A stretch of 64,000 nt of DNA from Mytilus californianus. Taxonomy: Eukaryota. The notes below the pieces were generated by a model, which had not been told where the DNA came from, did not search any database, and was given only the letters and a program-made list of their open reading frames with translations. Position 1 is the stretch's first letter; each line of letters starts with the position of its first letter. The stretch covers positions 99,944,001 to 100,008,000 of the forward strand of contig NW_026262679.1 in the NCBI RefSeq assembly GCF_021869535.1, written 5' to 3'. Position numbers and translations under genes: made by a program. Shown here piece after piece: positions 11,118-24,547 of the stretch.

Positions 11118-11635
11118 ATCTTTCAATCAGTTTAATTGAGGTCTGGAGCTGGCATGTCAGTAACTGCTAGTAGTCTGTTGTTATTTATGTATTATTGTCA
11201 TTTTGTTTATTTTCTTTTGTTTCCTATTCTGACATCGGACTCGGACTTCTCTTAAACTGAGTTTTACTGTGCGTACTGTTGTACGTTTGTTTTTTCTACA
11301 TTGGCTAGAGGTATAGAAGAAAGGGTTGAGATCTCAAAAAACATGTTTAACCCCGCCGCATTTTTGCTCCTGTCCCAAGTCAGGAGCCTCTGTCCTTTGT
11401 TAGTCTTGTATCATTTTTAATTTTAGTTTCTTGTGTATAATTTGGAGTTTAGTCATTATCACTGAACTAGTATACATATTTGTTTAGGGGCCAGCTGAAG
11501 GACGCCTCCGGGTGCGGGAGTTTCTCGCTGCACTGAAGACCCATTGGTGGCCTTCGTCTGTTGTCTGCTCTATTGTCGGGTTGTTGTCTCTTTGACACAT
11601 TTCCCATTTCCATTCTCAATTTTATTTTGCTTAAA

Positions 11636-12540
11636 ATAAGGGAGATAAGTTGTTATTTCTGTTTTGAAATTTTTTCACATCCGATCTTAATAATATATAT
11701 GTTATTTGACACTGATTTCAAAAATATATGGTCCTAGTGACTTTTACAAGAAAATACTGCAGAAATAGCTACTTCCGGTTTATAAAAGGTTGCTCTCCAG
11801 TTGACTCTCATTAAGGTCATAGGTCTGTAACCCAATACAAAAGACTCTATGACTTTATCATTTACCAAAAAGAACTTACAACAAAGGTAAAAATTTAGAA
11901 GGTCAAATTAAACTTTGATCTTGACCTCAATTTCAAGGTTATAATACAAGAACCTCAAATTAAAACACCCTAGGTGTCTTCTACATATGGTTAATGAGTC
12001 ATTTCACCATATAGCTAATTTTGAATATTAGACAAAACTCTCATTAAATGCCAAATAGATGCGAAAGATACCAAAGGGATATTCAAACTCATAAGTCGAA
12101 AACAAACAGACAATGTTAAAGCAAAAAACGAAATACGAAAAACAACACTACAAAAAACACGACATAGAAAATTAAAGATTAAGCAACACGAACCCCACCA
12201 AAAACAATCAATGTATGCTTGAACCAAAATTTATGTGTAATGAAATGTCGCAAATGACAATTAAGTAATAATGCTTTATCGATATCTTATATGGTTTCTG
12301 AGAAGCGATAAGTAAAAGTAAAGATTAGAACATGACCTTGACCTGTAACCCTGACTTAATTTTCTTTTAAGTGAATCAACATAAAATCAAAAGACCATAG
12401 GTCTCTCTCACTTATTGTTTGCCAGTTACAAAAACAAATCTTTTATATCAAATGCAAAAAGGGAAATAACTCTCATATGGAGTCTCCATATCCCTATAAA
12501 CATATATGAAATTAATACGAATTAAGTACAACATTTTTCT
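11636..12540. repeat. Second diverged copy of the 6040-6800 repeat, interrupted by a retroelement tail at ~12060-12210 (minus strand)
   Basis: Colinear shared blocks with 6040-6800; the insert has AAGATACCAAAGGG...CAACACGAACCCCACCAAAAAC tail motifs. Confidence 0.55.
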
Positions 12541-14189
12541 CCGGGACAGCTTATTCATTTTCAAATTCCTCCTGCCAGACACTATAATTAAATGATCGTA
12601 CCATACCCGTACCTTTACTTGTTTGGTCATTAACATAGATTCATTTTCTCATCGTAATCCCTTTCATGTTTGCTTACGTCTCGTTTACGTCTGTTCGGAA
12701 CATAAACTTTATAGATTTTAAGCTGTAAATATGAGACAGTTTCAAAGAAAATATAACTGACGTTTGACTACGGATAATCAACTTAAATTCTTCGATTAAA
12801 GTTGACATACAAGATTGGTTCTAATTAACTTCCTGAAAGATCAAAAGTGCAACCTTGATAAAAGAACCCGAAGCTCCTTATAACATTGATAATAATTATG
12901 ATCATACGAATCGACAAATCTCATTGATTACTCATGTTTTTTTTCAGACCGACGATTATGGTAAAATTGAAAGATACAGAATTAAATGAGAAAGCAAATA
13001 TAGCAGAGATAAGATGATCAAAGAAGAAATCAATCAAGTGATTGGTAGGGTTGAAGCAAGACTTACAGAAAAAAACTGTACACTATCACGTGGTCACTTT
13101 CACATGGGAACAGGAATTTACACGATACATTACTTTTATAAATCAAAATCTATAGAAAAAATGTCCTTTTTTAAAATAACACATATTTGTTGTAACGTAA
13201 ATGGATCTCCGACAGCCTTAATCGGGACTCTTACTCATGTAATTCACAATTGTCTGACGTCTGACGGCCTTTTTGGGGATTTACTGGGACCGTGGGACGT
13301 CAGAGCGCATCCCATATAGTACATGTAGTTAAGGAAATCGCCGACCCAGACTTCAGGCGGCAAGTTTATGACACGAAATCGTAGAAGGTCCATTGTCATA
13401 CGGATGAATAGTACACCATTCGTTTCCATATTCATTTTCTCCATGAATATGTACCTTATATTTAGGGGGTTGTTTATAAATATCAGTGGAACTCCGAAGC
13501 GCAGTCTATTTAGATAACATGTAAATTGTCGAAGTTTCTGTATCAAAATCGTAATAGATTCATTGTCAAGAAAATAAATCATACATACTTTGCTACCTTA
13601 TTAATTTTGTTCACGAATATGTATCTTTATTTAACCGATTATCTCCTGTAGCGTAATAGAAACATTATATTTCACAATTTGCAGCGGCATACTTTCTCTT
13701 TCGCTTACATTTTATGATCTCTCACACGGGAGTCCGCATACGATAGTTTGGTGATGGGGCAATATGGTTAATGCCATATATCAGGGTCATATGCATGAGT
13801 CTACCCCAAAAATTTGGACGGAATGAAATTGCCACAAGAAAATGAAAACAACACTTTATAAATGAAGAAAGAACCTAAATGTCTTGACAATGGATCTATT
13901 ACAATTTCGAAAGCAGCCCCAAGTCTAGGTCGACAATTTCCATGGTTTCTATGTAGACTGCGATCAGGCGTCCCATTAAAATTTATAAATAACCACTGCA
14001 AATGTCATAGATGCATAGAGGACACACACATGAAAGTAACGAATGAATTACATACAAAACTACTGAGTTGATTATACAAATTTAATCACTCATTTCCAAA
14101 CAAAGAACTTCACAAGCTTACAAACTACAAACACATCTGTTTATCGATGTATTTATAGGAAAACTTTACAATGGTCGTGGTTGCTCCGG

Positions 14190-15000
14190 AATGGTAAGTT
14201 ACACTTGTGGTAACCTCCTTAGTCTCGTATCAAGTAAATATCCAGAGATGTTATTAACAAGAAAAGGAGGACGATGCTGTGGCTTTGGCAAATGGAACAT
14301 ATACTTAATCAGCTATAAAATATATATTCCATATCGGTCAATCATGCCGGCGTCCAAAAAAAGCTTTGGGAGAGATGACTTCAACTTTATATTATAAAAA
14401 CCCCATAGTACAAAAGCTTCCTTGTAAGTAGAAAAACGCTTAATTAGGAAATCGTGATTTGAAACGCAAGCTCTGTGTATTCATATAGGTCAATCATAAC
14501 TTTCCGGCGTCCAAAAAAACTTTGGAAGGGATGACTTCAATTATTTATCATAAAAATCCCTAAGTTCAATAGCTTCCTAGAAAAACTCATAGTAAGGAAA
14601 CCCTGATTGGAAACGCAAGTTCTATCAACTGGGAGAGATATACCTCATATGTAGGTGCTGATGGAATGTTGATACGTAGAAATGGAAGGTTCATAATGTG
14701 AAAAATGAAGAAAAAAATGTTGTCGGAAAATTTAGATATAAACCAACCCTTACTGTCAATATCTAGATGTAAGTCAAAATGTAAAATTGTATATGTTGTA
14801 TCTTTTATTTCAAATTCAATAAACGTCAACATAGTCAACACACTTTGTATTACTTAATGAGAGAACCTCATCTTCAAAAGCAGAATTACGATTTTTTTTA
14901 GCCTTTTCCGTCTCATAAGAAACCTCTGTATGAATGTTTAACTCACAACATGCCCAAAAGAAGTTTCGCGTGATTTTATATAACTGTGAGATACAAGCTC
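14190..15000 (-). mobile_element. Degenerate Penelope-like RT fragment (second family) with an internal ~165-bp duplication
   Basis: Minus strand: SYE...DEVLSLSNTKCVDYVD, FEIKDTT...DLHLDIDSKG, IPSAPTYEVYLSQLI; CCGGCGTCCAAAAAAA..TTTGG.AG.GATGACTTCAA occurs twice (~14347, ~14504). Confidence 0.7.
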
Positions 15001-16879
15001 GCAAGCAAACACCATACAAGTGGAAAATGATGAAGATCACATCGAATGCAAAAGCACTGTTATTGCATCCACACAGCATGTAATTCGTTTCAATTTAGCT
15101 CTAAACCAACAATTAAACTTCTTTCCCTTTTAATACTCTACAGAATGTTTATCCTAGAACTGATAATAAAGGTCATGTCTGCGTGTCTGTCAGTGTCTTA
15201 AACTAATATACCATTTGACTTTATATTTTTTCTGAACATGGTTGTGGTCGTAATTAAGTTGGCATCGATGTAATTTTAGTGATTAAAGTTGACAGCCGCG
15301 ATATAGACTAATTGTATCCTTTGAGATCTAAGCCCAATAACCGTAAATCTCGGTTAAATGTTATGATTAGTTTTTACCAAACGACATTAAAGATTCCAAT
15401 TAGTGTAATCTCAAAAAATCAATTCAAATAAACTAAATGTTAATAATGAATTAGTACATTGTTCGTGCAATGCTTAGTTTGCTATTAAAAATGGCTGGAA
15501 AGTGGACAAAACAAGTTGATCCCTAAGAACCTTACAAAAATGTAGTAATTTTGTTTCTGAATACATGATTCTGCGAGGAGGATACAATATATACTTGTTT
15601 TAACCCAAATCCTTTCATTTATCCTTTGCTATGACGTCACTTAAAGTCAAACAGTCCAGTAGATTGTATATATATCATCAAATTATTTGAGAACATAATG
15701 CTCAAAGTTTGCTTCTTAAATCAACGTCAATTTGTACGTCGATGATTGAGCAGTTGTACTGACCGGCTTATTCAAACCTATAATGCAAAAAGCCAAAATG
15801 AAGAGACATGATTTTGTGTGTCGCCCTATGTCGTCCGGATATAATTAATCAATATCACCCCTACCCTAAATATGGTATGCAAACTGTAATTGTCCTCCCT
15901 AATGATTATCTAATTTGGGTTAGTTCGGGAATTATTCGGAAAAACAAAATGATTTCCGGATGTCCTTTCCGTCTAGTTATTTTTTTCTCATTCCGTTAGT
16001 ATTTAATGCCTACTACTTTCTTCTTCCACTTAAGGTATTACCACCAACACTGGAGCTCACACATGCACAATAAATGAATCAAAATTAAAATGCAATATAA
16101 AGAGCATCAGCCATCACAGTTGAGGAGACTACTATAACTTTTTGGGGTAGGTTAACATTTTCGTAAACGACCTTCATTTCATTTTGTGACTTATAACTTT
16201 TAACACTTAACAGGACTGTATAATCACAGCTCGATGCAATAGATTTCATACAAAAATACATTTGTCGTGAGCAAATCTGTAGCATGCAAAAAAACGAGGG
16301 CTGGGGTAAGTTACTCTTAAATTTTTTGACCGGGAAGAATTCCTACAAGTCAAGAAGGAGTTGTAGATAATATATAGGTGATGGGGGACGGGCATAGAGA
16401 ACACTACATAATCCCGCTATTGCTGAAGGTGCAATAAAATGAATCAGATGATGAATAATGATTAGAAATTTTTGTGCTTGTTATTTTTGGAACTTTTCAT
16501 TTTATGATTTATATAATTTTTATAGTAATATATTTTTTACTAATGCTGCCTAACATTTTGTTTTCAGGTATTGCACCACATAATATCTTTTGAAACACCT
16601 TAGCATATAAAATGTATATGGTAACGGGAACTTCTAAGATAAGATAAGAAAAAAAAAATTTTAATTCGGTATAAGTCAAATATACAACGCAAGCTCAAAG
16701 GAGCTTTGGACCGAATATAAAAACATATACATAACATAAACATTACCTCTTTAAAAGTTTGGATTCAAATATGGTTACTATATATATAAATAGTTTGCTC
16801 AGTTTATAAAAATCAGATACAAATGTTTTGAACTATAATATATGCTTCGAGATCTAGAAATTCCAAAGAACAAAATAAT

Positions 16880-17330
16880 TGATTACCCAATTTCTGGAAA
16901 GATGTAACAAAAAATAAAATTTGACATATATAAAATTTCATGCAGAAATACATCAAAACTAGTCCAAAACAACAAAAAGCAACATAATTAATAAACAGCT
17001 CAGCAAAAGAGTTATCTGAAAGCAGAACAGCGACATTCCAACCCGTTCCAGGACTGAATAAGACTTTTAAAATGTGAAAAACTATTTTCAGTCCTGAAAT
17101 TGTTTGGAAGGCCGTTCCATAATGTTGAGGCAGCAAATTTGAAAGATTTTTTTACCGTAACGGGTCGACTCTACCTGTGGCACATCCAGAACATTTACAT
17201 ACCTGAAAGAATATTTAGATTTTTTAACACTGATAAATTTTGTAAGCACACAGGATTTTTATTCCATGGAGAAAAGCGATATCCTCATTTTTTCATAATT
17301 TAGGATTTTAATATATTTTAGAGAGGAACA
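16880..17330 (-). mobile_element. 3' end of a CR1/L2-group LINE
   Basis: Minus strand: LDVPQVESTRYGKKSFKFAASTLWNGLPNNFRTENSFSHFKSLIQSWNGLECRCSAFR*, typical of the CR1-group ORF2 C-terminus. Confidence 0.65.
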
Positions 17331-18261
17331 ATGCAATGAAACCTCTTCTGTTAAGTATTAGATAACGCATTAAAGACAAATCATTTCAAGTTCAGACCTC
17401 AAACAGTATTGATTATTCAAAGCTTAAGTTTTACAGAAGTTTTTATAACTATATGGGTAGTTCATATGTGGATAATCAAAATAACAAGTCTAAGAGATCC
17501 ACATTTAGTGAAATCAGATTAAGAGTTCATATCCTGGCCATTAAGAAAAAAAATGACATCATTCTATTCCTATCAATAACACATAGCCAGAAATTAGTAG
17601 TACTTTTGCTTATTAATATTCATAATATGTAAATGAGAATTGTACCACATGATAATAGTTTGAACTGGACTGGCTTGATATCATTAAATCTTAAAAACAC
17701 GGATATTATAAGTTGCCCGTCACAGAGTCCTTGTTTATAATCACTCTGATATTTCCGTAAAGTTGACAGGCGGTCAAAATCAAAACAATGAACGCGAATT
17801 TAGTGAATTTTTCGTGTTTTCGTGAATTTATTCTTCTTGAAATAGGGGCATTTTAACTTTACGTGGGAACCTAGAGTTCAACGACTACACATACAAGGTT
17901 TGGACGTGCTTATTCTTTGGACATTCAAGTTTCAAGTTTCATCCCCGCAACTTGTTTTTGTAATGACCTTGTTAACCAATTTTCAACACGAAGTTTGCAA
18001 ATTTGACGTTTCAGCCATTTTAGCCTGTATTTTATACTGCAATGTTAAAAGCCTCTCGCTTCGATTTTAAAAATAGCTCAGGAACCTTGATTTTTGCAAC
18101 GACAGTCATTATGTTTCGTTTAAATAGTGTATATTGTTGTGTATATTTATTTTCTGTCTCCGCAACCTGTCTATCACTTAAATTAAAGTTAAAACAGACA
18201 TTTTTTTTCAAAATTCCCTATCATTTCAATATAATTTCCGTGACCCGTATCCGATTTCTTT

Positions 18262-18417
18262 TATAGGATTAAACTTCTTTTTAAAGGAATTTTTTGGTGT
18301 ATAAACTCGACCAATTCACTCACAAACAAATAAAAGGACTTTTATGATATGTTTGTGAGTGACTTGGTCCAGTTTATACACCAATAAATTCCTTTAAAAA
18401 GGCGTTTAATCCTTATA
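18262..18417. mobile_element. ~156-bp hairpin MITE (~67-bp arms, ~21-nt spacer) with TA ends
   Basis: 18262-18328 vs reverse complement of 18350-18417, only a handful of mismatches. Confidence 0.8.
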
Positions 18418-19280
18418 ATTCTTTAAAATTGGAGATAAGGAATTTTTTTTTCTACACTCGTAATTTCTTTCACATATATAAATTGTATACTGTGTCATTG
18501 AATTAGCCTCGCGCAAGAATATATTTGTTGGTTAACGCAAAAATATGTATTCCATGAAATTTGCTATCTGATAAAATATAAACTACAAAAACTCTTATTA
18601 TCATTCAAATGCATGTTTTGTGTTTATTATTTAATTTAAAGATTAACGCGAAGTGAAAATAAATGTGGTCAACGTCAAGCCGGATTGTGTTATTATCGCC
18701 GACATCTTGTTTACATTGGTTACGAAAAGAAGTTCGGTCAACGTCGTCTATCGAAAAATAAACAACGTCAAGAACAGCTTCCGGAAGTTCTCTCGACCAA
18801 TCTTATCAACGTATTCCCCAAAATGCAAATCATATAAGAATTATAGTATAATATTCAAATAAGCAAAGTGGCGTTGATTTCTGGATATGAGGAGTTGCAA
18901 TGTGTGAAAATCTGCGGATATGGGGGGTGGAAATCATGTTTCATTAATTGTAATGAATATTTTGACTTAAGATGAGTCTTTTTGAATAAGATTTGAAATA
19001 AAGTTCAAAGGAGTTAAATAAATACGAAAAAGACCAAATTGTGCCTGAACAGCAACTACTGATTAAATATCTTAAGAGTTACTTCCTCTTTCATTAGAGC
19101 ATAAAGTTAGAGCAATCTCAATTTAGGAGATAGAATGGATATGTATTGATTTGGTAAAAGGTTACCATGAGCTAAGGGCAAATGATATTTTTTTAACGAA
19201 CCAACACGTATCCATTGTGTCTTTTATTTAAACTATTGCTGTGACGTCTTTTCAAAATTACAGTTCTTTCATTAATTCAA

Positions 19281-19530
19281 CCAAATTTTTCATGAGCAAC
19301 ACGACAAGTACCACATATGCACCCGATCTGCTAACCACCTCCGGAGCACCTAAGATTTATCCAAGCTTTTGGTTTGGCTGGGTTCGTGTTGCTCAGCCCT
19401 TCGGTTCCTATGTATTGTTTGGTAGGCTGTTGTTAATTTTTTTTTTCGTTTTTTGTCTTTTTGCCATGGTTCTCGCGGTATTTCATCGACTTATGTGTTT
19501 TAATATTCTTTTTGGTATCTCCTGGTTTTT
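19281..19530 (+). repeat. Retroelement tail fragment (second family)
   Basis: CATGAGCAACACGAC...CCGGAGCACCT...GGGTTCGTGTTGCTCAG...CGACTTATG, matching 51429-51610. Confidence 0.7.
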
Positions 19531-19750
19531 TTCAGTGAGCTCAAATAACCACCTAATTATCTTGAATGATCCACTGGGAAAAAAAACAATGAAAGAAAAC
19601 ATGTAATTAGAAATGAAATATGTAGCGGATTGAAATTATACAAAATATTAAAACAACATTAGTAATGGAAATTCCATTTAATGATTATCAATCAGAAAAT
19701 CGTCCGCCATGTACAAAAAAAAAGAATAGTCACCCTATTTTTTTATTATA

Positions 19751-22316
19751 TTAAAATTGAGAATGGAAATGGGGAATATGTCAAAGAGACAACAACCCGA
19801 CAAAAGAGCACACAACAGCCGAAGGCCACCAATGGGTCTTCAATGCAGCGAGAAAATCCCGCACCCGGAGGTGGTTCTCAGCTGGCCCCTAAATAAAATT
19901 GTGTACTAGTTCAGTGAAAATGGACGTCACCATAAACTCCAAAACATATAAATGAACTAAAATTTAAAAACATACAAGACTAACAAAGGCCAGAGGCTCC
20001 TGACTTGGGACAGGCGCAACAATGCGGCGGGGTTAAACATGTTTTGTGAGATCTCAACCCTCTCCCTATACCTCTAGCCAATGTAGAATAAAGAAACACA
20101 TATCAATACGCACAGTAAAATTCAGTTTAAAAGAAGTCCGAGTCCGATGTCTGAATAGGTAACAAAAGAAACTAAGCAAAATGACAATGATACACAAATG
20201 AACAAAGGACTACTAGCAGTTACTGACATGCCAGCTCCAGACCTCAATTAAACTGATTGAAAGATTATAACTTCATCATACGAAAATCAAGTACAATCCC
20301 TCCCGTTAGGGGTTTAGTATCATACCATCATAAAATATATGAGAAGAACATAACCCGTATCATGCCAACAACTGGTTTTAGAATAAATGTGTTTATTTCC
20401 GATGAAAAGACCCTATGAGTGAATCAATATTAATACCAAAATATGCAATCCTTAATGACTTGACAACAGTATCGTAACTAAATCCTTTCCGAATAAGTCT
20501 GTTTAAAGGTTTTGTTAGCTTTTGAGGTGAATACTGACATTTTTGTGCTTTGTAAAGAATATTACCATAAAATATTGGATGTGAAATACCTGAACGTATA
20601 AGATGTCTGCATGTTGATTTATATTTACGAATGATGTCCTTATACCGATGATAAAATTTAGTAAATGTTTTGACCAGTTTGTGATATCGAAAACCCTGGT
20701 GTAATAATTTTTCAGTAATACAGAGTTTCTTTCGTTGAAATCAAATACGTTGTAACATAATCGAGCGAATCGAACAAGTTGAGATATATAAACACCATAA
20801 GATGGCGACAAGGGAACGTCACCATCTAAAAACGGATAATTAACAATAGGAAATGAAAAATCATCTCTTTTATCATAAATTTTGGTATTAAGCTTCCCGT
20901 TAATGATATAGATATCAAGATCGAGGAAAGGACAGTGGTCATTGTTAGTATTAGCTTTATTTAAAGTAAGTTCAACAGGATAAATTTCTTTAGTATACAC
21001 ACTGAAGTCGTCATTATTGAGAGCCAATATATCATCCAAATATCTAAAAGTATTGGTAAATTTTTGTATCAGATGTTGTTTCGATGGGTCTTTACTGATT
21101 TTAGTCATAAATTGTAACTCATAACAATACAAAAACAGGTCCGCAATAAGTGGTGCACAGTTAGTCCCCATTGGAATTCCGATAACTTGACGATATACGG
21201 AATCTCCAAAGCGAACAAAAATGTTATCAAGTAAAATTTCAAGGGCAGATATAGTATCAAAGCATGTCCAATTGACATAGCTCTTTTGTTTGTTGCTACT
21301 AAAAATGACATAAAAGAGTTTGAACATATGTATTCGCATTCCGACTTTTTAAATGACCATTTAATTAGGTGTGTGAATTTTTTCTTAATAAGAATATGAG
21401 GCAAAGTGGTATATAGGGTAGAAAAATCAAAACTTTGAACAGATTCAAAATCACCAATATATTCATGCAATTTATTAAGTACTTCCAACGAGTTTTTGAC
21501 ACTCCAAAAGTAGTTACTTCCACTATTTTCAAAGGCCTTATTTGAACAATTTATTATCAGGTTTTTGATTGTACCAAGTGTACTTGTAAGTAGAATAGAC
21601 AATTTAGTAGTGGAACAATGACTTGAAGACGAAATAAATCTATATTTGTAAGGTGATTTGTGTAGCTTCGGAAGCCAGTACATAGTTGGGACTTTCATTG
21701 TATTTGGTTCTGCTTGTAAAGAAGTAGCTAATAGTTTATGTTTGTTTATCGTTTTCTGAAAATGAAGTCAGCTGGAATGTTGGTGAATTCGTGATTTCCT
21801 TTTGCAGAACCTCAATGTAAAATTTACGTCAAACTATAATGATATTATTAGCAGCTTTATCAGCCGGGACAAAAACAAATTCCTTGGCTAGTTCTTTTAG
21901 TTAATGTTTGATACGAAAATAGGATTTTTATGGTTGTTGTTAAGAGTAAAATGTTCTTTAAAATGTTGTATACGTATATCGACTATCTTAATTACTGAAT
22001 TAAAAAAAGAGTCCAAAGATTTTTTGTCAGCTTTTTCTCGTTTTATCCATTTCAAACAGTTAGCACGAAGTGAGTCGTGGATGATATTACGACACTCATT
22101 CCAATTAATAATTGACGGAGGACGATATTTAGGTCCTTTACTGAGGAATGATTTTAACTCTCGGTCGCGAACGATGTTAAGGTCTCCTGTTATAACATGG
22201 GAAATGGGGCCATAAGTGTATTCTGAATTACTACAATTACATGACGGAGGTGTATTTTCACTGATATTTACATCTTTACACATTTCGCTGTAATTAAACA
22301 CATATTTCCGGGTCGA
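19751..22316 (-). mobile_element. Naiad-type element copy 2, 5'-truncated (CxC linker to tail)
   Basis: Highly similar to 9120-11625; ORFs 21897-22301, 21105-21698 and 20515-21339 give SCNCS, WLPKLHK, SFDFSTLYT, GIPMGTNCAP, FRYLDD; in-frame TGA at 21829-21831. Confidence 0.92.
20266..20352 (-). promoter_or_regulatory. SECIS element of Naiad copy 2
   Basis: AUGAU-GGUAUGAU-ACU-AAA-CCC-(9 nt)-GGG-AUUGUACU-UGAU; three helix-II substitutions vs copy 1, all still paired. Confidence 0.85.
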
Positions 22317-22858
22317 TTTATGTTACTGAAGTTTTAGAAAGAAACATAATTCAAACTATCGAATTGATTCAAACTTTTTAATTTGATTTATAACATACTT
22401 AAATTTTTACTAGAATTACAAAACTTTTATAGGAAACTAGTAAACAATGCATGAAATCGTAATAAAGTATTAGCATTTCGTGTGTAGTTTAGGAATAAAC
22501 CATCGAGCCTACTGATGGTCACGTGACCCGATACGTAAAGGTTGACAGACAAGCATGCGCATCAATATAAAATATAATGATGATTTTGCTATGTCTGTTT
22601 GATTTCAGGTCATATATCAAAAATTATTGGAGTCATCGTTTAAGCTTTATAAAAATGACTTTTTTTGTGGCCCGAATCAGTCAACACATAGTTCCTCCTG
22701 GTGTCTCCATTGTTTCATTTCAGTTTGATTTTTCATTGACGCTGAATGTGTTCTTGCATACGGACCCAAATGAGGTCGAATTATTGTCTTGTTAGACAAA
22801 ATATATCAGCGATGGTTTTGAGTTTATTTTAAAAAATTAATTTTTACAAAATTAAAAA

Positions 22859-23648
22859 CTGGGGCCGGTTTCACGAAGCTATCCTAAGACCTGTCATAAG
22901 ATATATCTTAGGACATGTCTTATGATCCTCTTATGACTATCCTAGGACATATCTCAGACCTCGCGTCGAAGCTGTCTTAGGATGATCTTAGCAAAGATAT
23001 CATAAACCTGTCGCAAGTTCTTTAGATTTTAAAATATTAACATTGATTTATGGAAAAATTTATGTAAATGTAGTATGTATTTCTCATAAATTACTAAGTG
23101 TATTGATAATTAGATAATTTGCAAAATCAATATAAAAAATTAGTGTAATTTATATAAATAATCTATTGATAATATACTAATATACATATGAACTTTAAAT
23201 ACAAAATCGAGAAAAAGGAATAAAATTATATTTTTATTTGTATAAGTGAGTTGAATTCAATTTGTCACTGTATCGGTTATAAGGGTTAAAGGATAAAATC
23301 GTGCATTCTTGATACCAATACATCGAATGTTTATTGTTGACAAATCATGACAATCCGTCAACCAAAAAAGATTTCGTTGTGAGCAGGAAAAGGAGAATGG
23401 ATAATTAGATAATAATAAGATAATTTACAAAATTAATATAAAAAATTAGTGTAATTTATATAAATAAACTTATGACTATCCTAAGACCATCATAAGACAC
23501 CTCTCATGTAGTCCTAACTTTATGACCAACTTTAAGAGGTGTCCTAATTTAGGACCACTTTGTGAAACCCACTTAGGACTAAGATATGTCGTAAGACCAT
23601 CCTAAGACATGTCTTAGTCCTAAGAAAGCTTCGTGAAACTGGCCCCAG
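22859..23648. mobile_element. ~790-bp MITE with 22-bp TIRs, PIF/Harbinger-like
   Basis: CTGGGGCCGGTTTCACGAAGCT ... AGCTTCGTGAAACTGGCCCCAG (21/22); subterminal CCTAAGAC/TTAGGAC repeats. TSD not resolved, so the superfamily call is tentative. Confidence 0.75.
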
Positions 23649-24502
23649 CTGGTTGCTAAGAGCGAATTAATATTTCAATATTCCGCTTTCATTCATGTTT
23701 GAAACAAACAAAAAAATAATCACCTTTTAATGTGTTTGTCTTCATCTTAGCTAATGTCCCTTTGTCATTGCATGGTCCTTAAATATTGTCTACAAAAGTT
23801 TGTCAATTTCCTATAGAAGATGTCATATCTTTAAATTGACGTAAATTAAAAGTTCTTGTTAAAAAATTTTAAAAATCTATAGATTCTTAATGGATTTATA
23901 TCATTTTCATAGATTCCTTCATTAATTTTCTTTTCCAGTTCATTTTCCAAAGACATTAATTTATCTTTTCTGAAAAGGAAGTCGTGAACACGACTATATC
24001 TTAATGGCCTGATTTTCGTAGATTCCTAAAATTACTGGTATTGTAATATTAATGTTTCGCTTTAAAAGGAGATCATAGAAAAATTCTCTGTATCTCTAGG
24101 GAAATGTTATTCAATAGTAGCAAAAAAGCAAAATGTTTAAATTTGTTAGTTTGCCTTTAACTCGTGAAAAGCTTTTAAGAGGGAGTAGAAGTTGCATGTT
24201 TTTTGCGGTCACGTGTTCATTCCGATTATTATCTTAAATTCTATATTACTCAGATGATGCAATATTAATTCCAATTTACAACTAAAGCTTTTACGAATAA
24301 AGTTGATGAATAGTTAAGTTTCATAAAAGAAATATGACACGAAATATAAGCTAATAAAGGCGAAATCATAACCGATTTAAATAACTCGCACGTGACCGAC
24401 ACATTCAGAAGTTGAAGAAGGAAAGACAAAATTATGACCAATAAAAAAAGACAAAATACAAACAAATTGGATATAAAATGAAAGTAACACTTAATAAATA
24501 GT

Positions 24503-24547
24503 GTGCGTCTGAAGCGCTTTTCTTTAGATAATACATCAGGAACGCTT
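24503..24547 (-). ncRNA. Decayed minimal hammerhead relic
   Basis: GCGUUC-CUGAUG(U)...GAAA-GCGC-UUC-AGACGC; stem II and core are damaged. Confidence 0.35.

Larger units (their letters stand above)
7100..11625 (+). mobile_element. Naiad-type Penelope-like retroelement copy 1, near full length, decayed, with a nested MITE
   Basis: Order: GIY-YIG EN (IIYLLT..CGIQYVGETGR...ELNWIKKLQTVYPLGLND), RSHGHR basic linker, CxC motif (PPSCNCS), RT (GIPMGTNCA, FRYLDD), thumb, 3' UTR with SECIS, tail ending CCATTCTCAATTTTAT. N-terminal EN plus CxC is the published Naiad/Chlamys architecture. 5' boundary approximate. Confidence 0.9.
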
